Shown: piece by piece, positions 26,291-39,767 of the stretch
Numbering within the stretch: the stretch's first letter is position 1
Layout: each line of letters opens with the position of its first letter
Assembly: GCF_011386835.1 (NCBI RefSeq)
Contig: NC_088807.1
Span: forward strand, 24,304,001-24,368,000
DNA length: 64,000 nt
Source of the DNA: Chrysemys picta bellii
Taxonomy: Eukaryota
Reading direction: 5' to 3'
Made by a program: the position numbers and the translations under genes
Notes under the pieces: generated by a model
Databases searched by the model: none
Told to the model about the DNA's origin: nothing
What the model saw: the letters and a program-made list of their open reading frames with translations, nothing else

Positions 26291-27846
26291 AGCCGCCCCC
26301 CTCGGAGCCCGCCGGCTCCCGACAACCCCCCAAAAGGCTCTTCTAAGAGCCACCACGTATCCACATGAAAGAGTTGAAACCCATCCTGAACTGCCTTAAT
26401 CCGGGTTAAATTCATAAGTGGATTCTCCAAACACGGAATCCGTTTAGTGCAATACTTGTGGTACTCCGCTTCCTCTAATGTCGCAATTGGGTAGTTCTGC
26501 AACTGCGAGTTTGTTTATCACAAATATACGGGAAACGTTTGAGTTTAACCTCTGATGGGCCATACAAAGCAGTACCCGCACTCCTTAAACCTCTTCCCTG
26601 TAGCGGAAAGAGTTCAGGACAAACCTGACCCTTTTCATTTTAAAACGCCCTAGTTTAAAAACGTGGCTTCTCCAATGATCAACCCAGCATGTCCAGACCA
26701 TGATATTCAGGGAACAAGAAAACATAAAGGCGAATAATTGGCCGATACAGTAATAACTGAGGGGGGTTGGAGAAAGGAAGTGACTACAGTGAGTTTCTCT
26801 AGGGGGAGAAAATGAATCAAATATTTTATCACCATTTTGTTTCTGGCTTGTTTTCAAACCTCGTTCGAAACCGGGCCTGAGTGAAGATTCAGAGTCGGTT
26901 TGAGCACAAAGTTCTGGCTCCGGATTGGCAGCTTCTCTTTTGTTTGGAGGAAAGGTGTTTGGTTTGGTGTGAATAAAAGTAGCCATTTTATTCAACGCCG
27001 CCTCCTTCACGAGAGGGTGGGTTGATAGGCAAGTGACTGGGGAGGGGTGAGCTAATTGCAGAAGCTCATTAATTAAGCCCCTCACCGGTCCGCTGCCCGC
27101 CACGGGTGCCCCCAACTTCAATCAACCCACCCTGAGAAGTTGGTGTAGACTCGAGGCTTCTAAATACAGTCAGTCCCCAACCTCCCAACAAACCGCCTGA
27201 AACACGGCACCTCCTTCCCTTCTGCCAGCACCCCTCTCTAATCCGGTGCCAGCCCCCGAGGGGAATGGGGGAAAGGAAAGGGAGTGACCGTGTCTGTCTG
27301 CGGGGTGTTCTATTTCCTCCCGGAACTCAACCCCACCAGCAGGGAGGACACAGAAGCCGGGGGAGGGAGAGGTGCTCTCTCTGCTGTCAGGGTCTAGCCT
27401 TGACTAGATCCGGGCATTTACTCTATTCCCTCGGTGGCGAAGTGCTAAAGCCCGGCTGGGTCTGAATTCGTTTTAGCTGAGCGGAGGGAAGCGGTTTGTG
27501 CTGCGTGTGTTCACACGGAGCAGGGTATGCCGACTCCTTGCCTTGTACACCGAGTTGTAGAGANNNNNNNNNNNNNNNNNNNNNNNNNNNNNNNNNNNNN
27601 NNNNNNNNNNNNNNNNNNNNNNNNNNNNNNNNNNNNNNNNNNNNNNNNNNNNNNNNNNNNNNNNNNNNNNNNNNNNNNNNNNNNNNNNNNNNNNCAGAAC
27701 AAGTCAACCCACAACCCCCCACATCGCCTTGCAGGGGCAGCCACGCGCTTCTCCAGCCACGCGCATGCCCTGGGTTGCAGCCCCGCAAGACAGGCAGGTG
27801 CAACTGGAGCTGGGTTTGTTTGCTGGCCACAGAGGCCCGTGTTTCA

Positions 27847-28119
<273 letters not shown>

Positions 28120-28971
28120 TTATTTGTGCAAATAAGTGGGTGAGCTGCAAGGAGAGAATCCGAGTTTTTGCATTGTGCCCGAGATCTCAGCCCCTTCTCT
28201 CCGTTATAAACACTTGTGACTCCTCCCCTCGTGACTATGGGAATAAAATTCCCTCCTAGATGGTTAGCTGGTCGGGGAAGAATCCAACTGGCAGAGTTTC
28301 TGGGACACAAGGAATGATAAATAATATAATAACTTTATTCTGTGTTGAAATATTGCTACAGTACTTTTTAAATCCCTCAGTAACTGGTATCTGAGCCCGT
28401 GCTAGTAACACAGCTCTGTTTCTGCCTCCTTCCCTTGCCAAAGAAAGGTCTTTTGATAGGTGAGGGCCCATCCCTTTTGATGGCACCTGGCTAGAGGAGT
28501 CAATTTGCCCTTTGTTTAAGGCCTGCTTGAGCAGATCTGCCTAATGCAGGCCAGGTAGGCGTCATCCTAACTTCACGTAGCAGGGTGCTGCACACCGTCT
28601 TCAAATGACACCGCGCAAGGCATAGTTGGTACAAAGATTAGTACAATCGTGCGTAGGGTGCAGAGGTGCTGAAGCTAGGAGGGCTGCCGCACCCCCTGGC
28701 TCGAAGTGGTTTCCAGCACATACAGGGTTTCCACTTTGGTTCAATGGGTATCAGCACCCCGACTATACAAATTGTCCCTGGAGCCAAGGGTCAGAGCCAG
28801 CGTCAGGAGTTCAAGTGCCAGCCAGTGCATCATTGGCAGGAGAAGCCATCTTGTCGCATTCCTGGGCTTAAATAGAGTGCTTGGACCAACCAAGGGCCAG
28901 AACAGAAGTTGTCAGTCTGGCCTTCCAGCAATATATCTTGTGGTATTTACCGTCACAGGATCTGTGCAGAC

Positions 28972-29096
28972 TAATGTGATCAGACAGCAAGTGTGAAAAA
29001 TCGGGACAGGAGGTGGGGGGGTAATAGGAGCCTATATAAGAAAAAGACCCAAAAATCGGGATGGTCCCTATAAAATCAGGACATCTGGTCACCCTA
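28972..29096 (-). mobile_element. hAT MITE (same family as 6820-6942)
   Basis: ggtcacccta end; 8-bp TSD gtgcagac / gtgcagtc. Confidence 0.85.
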
Positions 29097-29471
29097 GTGC
29101 AGTCATATGGGTAACCCCCACCATGGCGGCTAGGTAGTGCTACAGAGGTATTACTCGTCCCCCAGCCCTGCCTTTTAGCTCCCATTCTCCCGTCTTCTCC
29201 ACCACACACTGTTAGTACCTGTTGGTAAATATGAGTCCTTTCCGTTCTTTCTTGCTGCATATTTCATCCACGTATATAGTAACTATTCCTTAGAATCTCT
29301 GTCTTCAACAAAGAGTATGTGTGAACTTGAAGGCTCAGATCACTGGTCCTTGACCAACAAGTATTCAGGAATTTTATCTATAATACTGTATCTGAAACAA
29401 TCTTGGGCACCTTCGTGTCTATACAATTCCAGCAATTCTTGGAAACCATCTTCTTAACACGTGTGTGCGTT

Positions 29472-29928
29472 CATAAGAACATAAGAACGGCCAGACTGGC
29501 TCAGACCACAAGTCCATCTAGCCCAGTATCCTGTCTGCCGACAGTGGCCAATGCCAGGTGCTCCAGAGGGAGTGAACCTAACAGGTAATGATCAAGTGAT
29601 CTCTGTCCTGCCATCCATCTCCACACTCTGACAAACAGAGGCTGGGGACACCATTCCTTACCCAGCCTGGCTACTAGCCATTAATGGACTTAACCTCCAT
29701 GAATTTATCCAGTTCTCTTTTAAACGCTGTTATAGTCCGGCCTTCACAACCTCCTCAGGCAAGGAGTTCCACAAGTTGACTGTGCACTGTGTGAAGAAGA
29801 ACTTTCTTTTATTTGTTTTAAACCTATTAATTTCATTTGGTGACCCCTAGTTCTTGTATTATGGGAATAAGTAAATAACTTTTCCTTATCTACATTCTCC
29901 ACATCACTCATAATTTTATGTACCTCTA
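29472..29928 (-). mobile_element. CR1 3' fragment
   Basis: Begins cataagaacataagaacggcc (reverse-complemented tail); ORF 29744-29974 reads IEVHKIMSDVENVDKEKLFTYSHN. Confidence 0.92.

Positions 29929-29929
<1 letters not shown>

Positions 29930-29977
<48 letters not shown>
29930..29977. repeat. (CA)n microsatellite
   Basis: Pure CA run of about 48 nt. Confidence 0.95.
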
Positions 29978-29978
<1 letters not shown>

Positions 29979-30074
29979 CTGATATATACATATATAGATT
30001 TGGGAAACTAATATGGGATGATTGTTACAGCCAGTGTTTTCTGATGTGGAATCAACAGAGAAGAAAGACTGAAA

Positions 30075-30458
30075 AAAATGGGGTTTAGTCTGGAGAAGAG
30101 AAGACTGAGCGGGGACATGATAACAGTTTTCAAGTACATTAAAGGTTGTTACAACTGGAGGAGGGAGAAAAATTGTTCTTCTTAACCTCTGAGGATAGGA
30201 CAAAAAGCAATGGGTTTAAATTGCAGCAAGGGAGGTTCAGGTTGGATATTGGGAAAAACGTCCTGACTGTCAGGGTGGTTAAGCACTGGAATAAATCGCC
30301 CAGGGAGGTGGTGAAATCTCCGTCATTGGGGATTTTTAAGAGCAGGTTGGACAAACACCTTTCAGGGACGGTCTAGACAATACTTAGTCACGCCATGAGT
30401 GCAGGGGACTGGACTAGGCGACCTCTCGAGGTCCCTTCCAGTCCTATGATTCTATGAT
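30075..30458 (+). mobile_element. CR1 3' fragment (second subfamily)
   Basis: RTKSNGFKLQQGRFRLDIGKNVLTVRVVKHWN; ends gaggtcccttccagtcctatgattctatgatt. A short copy of this tail lies at about 37128-37190. Confidence 0.9.
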
Positions 30459-31105
30459 TGTGGGGTAAGAAGGATTATCTTGCAGAATTGTTAGTCCTCC
30501 AAGCTTCACACAGGCCTTCACACACGACTCAGGCAAACTAAGAATGCATAGAAAGGACATATGTTTCTGGGAGAATATTCTTGGCAATGAGATTTCCTTT
30601 GTCTGAAACCCTATAATGATACTGATATGGGAATTTAGTGTGTGTGTGTGGGGGGAGCGGGAGGAGGAAGTAAAGTGCCCGTCGCTTCCAGATGCGGGCA
30701 AGACACAGATCCAGCTCTTAGTCTGACACCAAACGGTGGTAAATTATCTATTTCTTTCTGTAATCTGGGTAGGGCTGTACTAATCTCTGACTGATTATTT
30801 TAGATTAAATATTTCTGATTGAGCCTGTTATTTTGACAATCCTGAGTCGTGAACTCAGACAAGCAACAACCCCTTCTTCCCCTCTGCCCCTCCACCTTTT
30901 CTTGTTTTCTGGAATGCTGCTCTGTCTCAAAGAAGTTCAGAGCCATCTATGACCCCTTCATCTCCTCCTCCTTCCAGCTCCTCTCACAGAGCTCTGGGTC
31001 CCTCTGGCTCACATGGCATCTGCAGCCACCCTCCTCTTCCTTCAACCCACCCAGTTCCTCCGTGGCCACGGGCCAGGTGACCGACTCTTCCACCCATCAA
31101 CATGG

Positions 31106-34100
31106 TGTGACGAACTGGGCCTGTTCTCACTGTGGTCTGTGAATGCTGACAGGGGAGTGGGGCTGGGATAGTCTGCATTGGAGGATGGGATCTGCCCGGG
31201 GGCGCATTCCTGAGTGTGTAACATGAGAACCCAGGAAGGGGTTGAAGGCCAGGTGACTCCTGAGCCCGGGAAACTGAACAAAGGCTGTGGGAGGGGTCGC
31301 TGAAGCCAGAGTGCTGGAAGCAGGCTGGAGAGATGGCTGGGAGGCAGAGATGGCTCTGACCTCCCAAGGGGGGCTGGGCTGGGATGCCCGGGGACCCCAA
31401 GATGGACCTAACTGAGGGGGTCCCTGTTGTCAGTGCCTGCAAGACCTGTCTTGGACTGTATTCCTGTCATCCAAATAAACCTTCTGCTTTACTGGCTGGC
31501 TGAGAGTCATGGTGAATTGCAGGGAGCCGGGGGTGCAGGGCCCTGAGTTCCCCAATACTCCGTGACAACTGGTGGCAGCGGTGGGATCTACTGCACCCCG
31601 TGGACGGCGCTTCCTGCAGTAAGTGACTGGGGAGCAGTAAAACGAAGGGGGATTGACGGGGACCAGGCCTGCTGAAGAGTGGGAGAGAGACGGTTATTAC
31701 CCCTGGGAGTGTGTGACCAGCGAGAAGGACTTTTGCAGTAACAGGGTCCCCCGGGGGGATCGTAGCGAGTGGTCCCAGGGGCGGAGGAGTCTGCAGCTCG
31801 ACCCTGGCAGAGAGGCGGTGACCTCGAGAAGGGCTGGCACACTAGGGGTCCCCCTGGGAACTGTGGGGAGCTGTGAGCACACAGGCCGGTGAGTGGCCAG
31901 CAGGAAGATGTATGCCAAGCGGCTTAAGAGCGACCTGGTGGAGCTGTGCAAGCAGAGGCGGCTGCGCATTGGGAGGCTCACCAAAGAACAGCTCATTGCC
32001 CAGCTGGAGGCGGAAGATCGCGCGAATGAACTGATCCCTGTGTCTCAGGGAAGCAGCCTGGCAAATGCAGCGCAGGCACCAGTGTCTGTCCCAGCTGGGA
32101 GTGGTCAGCCGGCTGCTGAGGGCTTCCCGAGACCCCCCCTTCCTATGCCTAGGGGAAGGGTGGGGAGGAGCCCAGCAAGTACCGAGGGCGCCGTGACCCT
32201 CCCGGCCAGCAGGGGATCCCCCCGGCGACGTTCGGCATCCGTGGAGCGGAATTGGCTGGAATGGGAGAAGGAGCTAAAACTGAGAGAGCTGGAGGATCGT
32301 GAACGACAGAGACAGCATGAAGAGAGACAGCATCAGCATGAACGGGAGGAGAAAGAGAGACAGCATCAGCGTGAAGAGAGACAGAGACAGCATGAACGGG
32401 AGGAGAATGAGAGACAGCGTCAGCATGACCTGGAACTGGCGAGATTGAAGGGCAGCGAACCCCCGGCTGCGGTGAGTGAGGGGGGACCCAGGACTGCACG
32501 GAGCTTTGATAAGTGCATCATGGCCCCATACAAGGAGGGGGAGGACATGGATGACTTCCTGGAGGCCTTTGAGACGGCCTGCGAGCTGCACCGGGTTGAT
32601 CCCGCGGACAGACTCCGGGTCCTTACCCCCTTACTGGACCCCAAAGCCATGGCATTGTACCGCCAACTGGAGGAGGCAGAGAAAGGGGACTACGAACTAT
32701 TCAAAAAGGCCCTGCTACGAGAGTTTGGGCTGACGCCTGAGATGTACCGGGAAAGGTTCCGGAGTCAGGATAAAACCCCTGAGATCTCATATCTGCAACT
32801 AGCCACCCGCATGGAAGGATACGCCAGCAAGTGGGCTGATGGGGCCCAGACGAAGGAGGACCTGGTCAAACTGCTGGTACTGGAGCAACTGTATGAGCGG
32901 TGCCCATCTGACCTGAGGCTGTGGTTGGTGGACAGAAAGCCAGAGAACCCGCGACAGGCAGGCCGGCTGGCCGATGAGTTCGTAAAGAGCCGGTCAGGAG
33001 ATAAAAGGGAGGAGTCCCAAAGGAGCAATCCCACCACAACGCAGAGAGCGAGTCACCATGGGACCTCCCCGTGGGAAAATACAGAAAAACCCCATCAGAG
33101 GGGAACATCCGGCATCAGGACCATCCGACCCACTCAAGGGGTCCCATGGGACATGGGCTGCTACCACTGTGGCCAAAAGGGCCACATACGGGCCCAGTGC
33201 CCCAGGCTCAGGGACAGACTGAGCAGGCCGAACCCACAGAGGGTTGACTGGGTAGAGACCCAGCCCGGCGAGAGGCAGCATTCCCAGGGAAGGGGGGCTG
33301 GCAGAGTACCACCTGCTAAGGAGGGAGGAGAGCCCCAGGCTAGCTTCTCTGGGGGGCCAGATGCCCCGGATTCAAAGTTCTCCGTTTACAGGGTTGGCGC
33401 GGGGCTGTCCCTGCGGAGCGAGTGCCTTGTTCCCCTGGAGGTGGATGGGAAGAAAGTTTATGGTTACTGGGACACGGGCGCAGAGGTGACACTGGCCCGG
33501 CCCGAGGTGGTGGCCCCAGATCGGGTGGTGCCCAACACCTTCCTGACCCTGACCGGGGTGGGCGGGACCCCATTCAAGGTTCCCGTAGCGAGGGTACACC
33601 TGAAATGGGGGGCCAAGGAGGGCCCCAAGGACGTGGGAGTGCACCACCATTTGCCCACTGAGGTGTTGATGGGGGGGGACCTAGAGGACTGGCCAAGCAG
33701 CCCCCAGACCGCCTTAGTTGTGACCCGCGGTCAGAGCCGGCGAGGGGCACTGCGCCCTGGCCTTGGGGGGGGTGCCTTGCCTGAGGCGCAGGACCCTAAC
33801 CTGGTGGGGAGGGAACGCCCAGGGACGCGGCTCAGGGAGGCTGCAGCTTCGGACCCAGCGGGCGAGAAAGAGCAGGTGACCATCCCCGTCCCAGCTGCTG
33901 AGTTCCAGGCCGAGTTACAGAGAGATCCCTCCTTGCGGAAGATAAGGGACCTGGCTGACCTCAATGCGGTACAGACCATGGGACGAGGTGGCCGGAAAAG
34001 GTTCCTGTGGGAGAAGGGGTTCCTGTACCGAGAATGGGCTCCCCCAGGGAAAATGGAGTCAGGGGGGATCAGGAGGCAGCTGGTGGTACCCCAGAAGTAT

Positions 34101-35121
34101 CGCCGCCAGGTGCTGTGCCGGGCCCATGACATTCCCCTCGCAGGGCACCAGGGAACCTGGCGTACCCAGCAGAGGCTGCTACGGAGCTTTTACTGGCCTG
34201 GGGTCTTTGTTACTGTCCGACAGTACTGCGGATCCTGTGACCCCTGTCAGAGGGGGAGGAAGGCCTGGGACAAGGGGAAAACAGCTTTAGGACCCTTGCC
34301 CAGCATAGAGGAGCCTTTCCGGAGGGTGGCCAAGGTTAAAAGGGCGGCTCTAAACCAAGAGAGCCCAAAGCACAGACCTCCAGACTGGAGCGCTGGGAGA
34401 AGACCACAGCCCAGTTGGAGCCCCAGAGGTATGGGGGTGGGAAAAGGGCACAGGCCGCATAAACCTTCCCACATGCGAACTGCGAGTGCCATCAAGCACC
34501 CCCAACCTAAGGGGGGGCGTGAAACTGGAGGGGCCTGGTGTAATTCTCACCAAGGAATGGGAGGGATGCGGGGGCATCCATGGGAACGGGGGTAGGTTCG
34601 AACTTCCCCGGGTCACTGGCTAAAGTGACCCTGCTCAGTTCGGTCTCGAAGGGGGGAGATGTGACGAACTGGGCCTGTTCTCACTGTGGTCTGTGAATGC
34701 TGACAGGGGAGTGGGGCTGGGATAGTCTGCATTGGAGGATGGGATCTGCCCGGGGGCGCATTCCTGAGTGTGTAACATGAGAACCCAGGAAGGGGTTGAA
34801 GGCCAGGTGACTCCTGAGCCCGGGAAACTGAACAAAGGCTGTGGGAGGGGTCGCTGAAGGCAGTGTGCTGGAAGCAGGCTGGAGAGATGGCTGGGAGGCA
34901 GAGATGGCTCTGACCTCCCAAGGGGGGCTGGGCTGGGATGCCCGGGGACCCCAAGATGGACCTAACTGAGGGGGTCCCTGTTGTCAGTGCCTGCAAGACC
35001 TGTCTTGGACTGTATTCCTGTCATCCAAATAAACCTTCTGCTTTACTGGCTGGCTGAGAGTCATGGTGAATTGCAGGGAGCCGGGGGTGCAGGGCCCTGA
35101 GTTCCCCAATACTCCGTGACA
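31106..35121 (+). mobile_element. Young non-autonomous Gmr1-like Ty3/Gypsy LTR retrotransposon
   Basis: 462-bp LTRs 31106-31567 and 34660-35121 (TG..CA, 2 differences seen), 5-bp TSD catgg, PBS tggtggcagcggtgggat 31570-31587 (complementary to the tRNA-Leu 3' end), PPT 34648-34659. Confidence 0.96.
31908..34595 (+). CDS. Gag(SCAN-like, CCHC)-protease-integrase zinc finger polyprotein, 895 aa, lacking integrase core, RT and RNase H
   Basis: Uninterrupted ORF from ATG 31908. It contains an ER/QH coiled-coil, LEQLYERCPSDLRLWLVDRKP (SCAN-like), CYHCGQKGHIRAQC, YWDTGA (aspartic protease) and H-x5-GH...WPG...C-x2-C (integrase ZnF), then homology breaks after EEPFRRVA. Confidence 0.9.
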   Translation: MYAKRLKSDLVELCKQRRLRIGRLTKEQLIAQLEAEDRANELIPVSQGSSLANAAQAPVSVPAGSGQPAAEGFPRPPLPMPRGRVGRSPASTEGAVTLPASRGSPRRRSASVERNWLEWEKELKLRELEDRERQRQHEERQHQHEREEKERQHQREERQRQHEREENERQRQHDLELARLKGSEPPAAVSEGGPRTARSFDKCIMAPYKEGEDMDDFLEAFETACELHRVDPADRLRVLTPLLDPKAMALYRQLEEAEKGDYELFKKALLREFGLTPEMYRERFRSQDKTPEISYLQLATRMEGYASKWADGAQTKEDLVKLLVLEQLYERCPSDLRLWLVDRKPENPRQAGRLADEFVKSRSGDKREESQRSNPTTTQRASHHGTSPWENTEKPHQRGTSGIRTIRPTQGVPWDMGCYHCGQKGHIRAQCPRLRDRLSRPNPQRVDWVETQPGERQHSQGRGAGRVPPAKEGGEPQASFSGGPDAPDSKFSVYRVGAGLSLRSECLVPLEVDGKKVYGYWDTGAEVTLARPEVVAPDRVVPNTFLTLTGVGGTPFKVPVARVHLKWGAKEGPKDVGVHHHLPTEVLMGGDLEDWPSSPQTALVVTRGQSRRGALRPGLGGGALPEAQDPNLVGRERPGTRLREAAASDPAGEKEQVTIPVPAAEFQAELQRDPSLRKIRDLADLNAVQTMGRGGRKRFLWEKGFLYREWAPPGKMESGGIRRQLVVPQKYRRQVLCRAHDIPLAGHQGTWRTQQRLLRSFYWPGVFVTVRQYCGSCDPCQRGRKAWDKGKTALGPLPSIEEPFRRVAKVKRAALNQESPKHRPPDWSAGRRPQPSWSPRGMGVGKGHRPHKPSHMRTASAIKHPQPKGGRETGGAWCNSHQGMGGMRGHPWERG

Positions 35122-35409
35122 CATGGCCATTCCCTTGACCTTTCTCATCTTCATCCGTCGCTGACCGTCGCCTGGTCTTTCAGCACCATCTACGAGCTCT
35201 CTCCCTCTCCTGTGCCAGCCTGCCCGTTTGTGACATTCAGCCCACCTGTGCTGAGCGATTTTGCTTCTGCCAATGCCCTGCTTTCTCTTCTGCTGCTGTG
35301 GTTGATTCTTTCCATCCTGTGTCCTTCTCCGCTCTTGGCTCTATGTCCCTCTGTCTTGCGGCAAGCTCCATGCGGCCAACTCCCAGCCCTGGGTTACCCC
35401 CCAACCCCT

Positions 35410-36122
35410 CATGACGAAGTGGCATTTTCCCTTATGTTGTATGTGAGTCTTACTGTTGAGCCTACGTGAGTTTTACTGTTTTGCATGAATACTGTGTGTG
35501 CCTCAGTTTCCCTGGGTGCTGCACCAATACCTCGGTGGTGGGAATAAGGGCGTGTGACTTTGGTTGAGACCTCTGGGGCAGGTGAGGCTGCCATAGCTGC
35601 CTGCATGTAGGTGCCCTTCGTAACCTGAGACCCAGGAGGGGGATGCAACCAGGTGATTCTGGCAAAGACAAGGAGGAGCTACGGGAGTGTCTGAGGTGTG
35701 GAAGCTGACAGTCTGCTTGGGGGCACTGGAAGATGGGGCATCCAGGGTGTCTGGCCCAGGACTCCCCAAGATGGACTTTGTTGAAAGTCACTGATTTCTG
35801 TTATAACAAGTTCTGGTCTATGCTGTTTTCCTGTCGACTAATAAACTTTCTGTTTTACCGGCTGGCTGAGAGTCACGTCTGACTGAAGAGTCGGGGTGCA
35901 GGGCCATCTGGCTTTCCCAGGAGCCCTGTCCAGGCGGGCTTGCTGCGGGAAGCACACGGTGTGGACGGGGATGCTGAATGCTCTGAGGTCAGACCCAGGA
36001 AGGTCAAAGCTGTGGTAGCTTCTTGCCCTGACGACAGTCTGCTCCGAGAGATGAGGATCCACCAGAGTCTTGCCTGGCTTCATATGGAGCAGTTCCAGAG
36101 CATTGCCGGGGGACTCCGTGAC
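35410..36122 (+). mobile_element. Solo LTR (related to the LTR at 42952-43687)
   Basis: (ca)tgacgaagtgg...ggactccgtgaca with internal ctaataaactttctg; shares ctgacagtctgcttg and ccccaagatggactt with the other LTR. Confidence 0.8.
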
Positions 36123-37608
36123 ATCCCCCCAACATCCATTCCCTTGATTCCCACCAATCATCTGTGGAAAGACTTCTCTGATCATGCCGACTTCTGCCAC
36201 TACCAATTAATTCTCTTCTTCCGGTCGGCCATTTTCCTAGCCAAGACAATTCTTCTCCTCCACCCTGACCAAGTCCCATTCTCGTATTTTCAGCCACCTT
36301 TTCACGGAGCCCCAGCACCTCTAGGCTTGGCAGTTCCTAGCCCTGGCACATCTGGGCTTGCTGCATCAGTTATGAATGGTCAAAAAAAATTGCTTGAATC
36401 CCACTGCCTCATTGCTTGAGCCCGGGGACTGCTTTCATTACAAATTAAGCACTGCCTTTCACGCCCCTCAGATCCCGCCCCTTTCACTGTACTTCCCCTT
36501 CCCTCTCTGCACACAATCTCCCTGACGATTTGGAAGAGAAATACAAACCAAAATCCAGTGTGACCTTGCTCTCCCCCTTTTCAGGGATGTCGAGTTTCTT
36601 TGGAGGTGTCGTCGCATCAGAGGAAAAGCTGAAGGAGGGATTTCCAGGAGGAAAATTAGGTAGCGGGCCAGATGTTTAGGGAGCATTCCTCCAGGACGTC
36701 GGTTCTCAAACATCATTGCACCATGACCCCCTTCTAACAACAAAAATTACACATGACCCCAGGACGGGGGGACCGAAGCCTGAACCTGCCCCAGGCAGAG
36801 GGGCTAAAGCCCAAGGGCTTCTTCAGCCCCGTGCCTGTAACCTGAGCCCTGCCACCCAGGGCTGAAGCCCTTGGACTTTGGCTTCCGCTCCAGACCCCAG
36901 CAAGTCTAATGCCAGCCTGGTGACCCCATTGAAAGGGGGTCGCGACCCACTTTTTGAGAACCACTGCTCCAAAGCATGATTGGCAGAATGGGGGCAAGCG
37001 GGAAAGGGCTGCTATCAAAATGTAACAAGTGTTGCATATTATGTTGTAAGGTCCTTGTGGCAGGGGCTGTCTCTATGTTTGTACAATGCCTAGCACAATG
37101 GGGGGCCTGTGCTGTGACTGGGGCCCCCACATGAGTGCAGGGGACTGGACTAGATGACCTCTCGAGGTCTCTTCCAGTCCTATGATTCTAGGAACATTCC
37201 ATTAAGCAAAACAAAATCCCCCAGTGGGGTAGAAGGGTGATAAGCCTCTATTAGCGGCCCCACCAGCTGGCTGTCTAGCACCACAGGTAGCGAGGAATCC
37301 ACAATTGGAGGCTGACTGCAAACTCCCTTCTGTGCCCTTTCCGTGGGAGAACTGCATCAGCCGATTGTTCAGAGGCAAGTCAAACATTGCTCCCAGCTGC
37401 TGAAAAAATCTTGGCAGCCTTGTCTTTTCCTAGGTGCTGGTACTCAGGGTGATGCTGCACTCCTCTGGCTTGAAATGGTTACAATCACGTACAGGGTTTA
37501 CAGTTTGGTGCAATGGCTCTCCGCACCCTGCACTATACAAATCGTTCCAGAACCACTGTGCTGTCCACATGGCTCATTTCATTCAGGGCTGGTTCCCAGG
37601 TCCTACAG

Positions 37609-37814
37609 CAGGCGTTCTCAAACTGGGGGTGGGGACCCCATCAGGGGGTCGCGAGGTTATTACATGGGGGGTCGCGAGCTGTCACCTCCACCCCAAACCC
37701 TGCTTTGCCTCCAGCATTGACAATTGATAAAGTGTTTTTAATTTATTAGGGGGGTCGCACTCAGGGGCTTGCTACGTGAAAGGGGTCACCAGTACAAACG
37801 TTTGAGAACTACAG
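37609..37814 (+). mobile_element. hAT/Charlie MITE (same family as 16621-16817)
   Basis: gttctcaaact..gtttgagaac; TSD tcctacag / ccctacag. Confidence 0.85.
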
Positions 37815-37901
37815 CCCTACAGGGATCTGGGTCAGTGAGAAAGATAGTCTCCCTCCTGCTTTTCCCCGCCCCCATCCCAAAGTGGAGCACTGTTTGCATA
37901 G

Positions 37902-38507
<606 letters not shown>

Positions 38508-39401
38508 TTCAGTTTTTTAAAGCGAGAAACCATGTTTATTCAATTCAAAGGCTCTTTTAAGGGCCACCCACTCGTCCACGGAAAGAGCTTGTTGCACTGC
38601 TGTGTTGGGTTAGAAGTGAAGTGGTCTGTAGGGGTGTATCAATGGGGTCGTTTACTCGCCATAAGGGAACTCTCAAACTTAGGGGGAAGAGGGTAAAAAC
38701 TGCTTTCTACCCCGGTCCTGTAACGATTATGTTAACCTTAAGGATGTAACTAGTTCTGCGAACAGTTTTTTTTTTCCCCGGAAGGATTTTGATTTACATC
38801 GTGTTGGGACTAGAAAGAATTCGGAACTCTGGGCGTTTACACGCAGAAGGAAAGAGGAGCGAAAAATCCTCGAGTGCGCGCAGAAGAAAGGGGACGTGCA
38901 GCCCCGGCCTTGCGTGCAATACAGCGGCAGAACCGATTTTGGGGAGAGGGACGTTAAAACTTCGAGCACGATGTCACATTCCCTCAGTGTCTCTGGCTTA
39001 GAGTTTCGCCCTCTGTGTTGAGGTAATATTCCAACACCCGGATTGCCACAGAGCGGGGTGCAGCAGCTCCCCTCACCCCATACTGCACCGGGGGTGGGGG
39101 ATCCTGGGTCCTACAAGCCCGGGGCCGAAAAATCTCTTTCACCCTGTCCGGCGTGTTCAGACGGAGGCGGGTGTTTATTCCCACGCGTTTTGCGGCTCCT
39201 TTCTGCGCATGCTCAGGAATAAGTCCGGGCTCCAAATTTAAAGTTAACGGCTGGCTAGTAATTGGCTGGGGTGCGGTACTCGGTGTCTGATTGGTGGGTG
39301 TCGAGCCGCGTCACCAGGTAGGGCTGGGAAAGGGACGGGAGAAACAGTTGCCGCCGGCTTCCCTCACAGTTCTCCCTCTGGTCCGATCACAGCCTAGTTA
39401 A

Positions 39402-39767
<366 letters not shown>

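Larger units (their letters stand above)
30850..36300 (+). mobile_element. Old L2-type LINE fragment split by two LTR insertions (pieces 30850-31105, 35122-35409, 36123-36300)
   Basis: The rejoined empty site reads STHQHGHSLDL (APE endonuclease TH..GH.LDL motif), with AIYDP upstream and an SDH-like ADRRLVF plus AIFLAK downstream. CT-rich sense strand. Confidence 0.65.

Noticed and set aside
27564-27694. 131-nt N gap near tRNA-Thr possibly hiding a small RNA gene
   Set aside because: No T-run terminator or promoter evidence on either side; content is unknowable.
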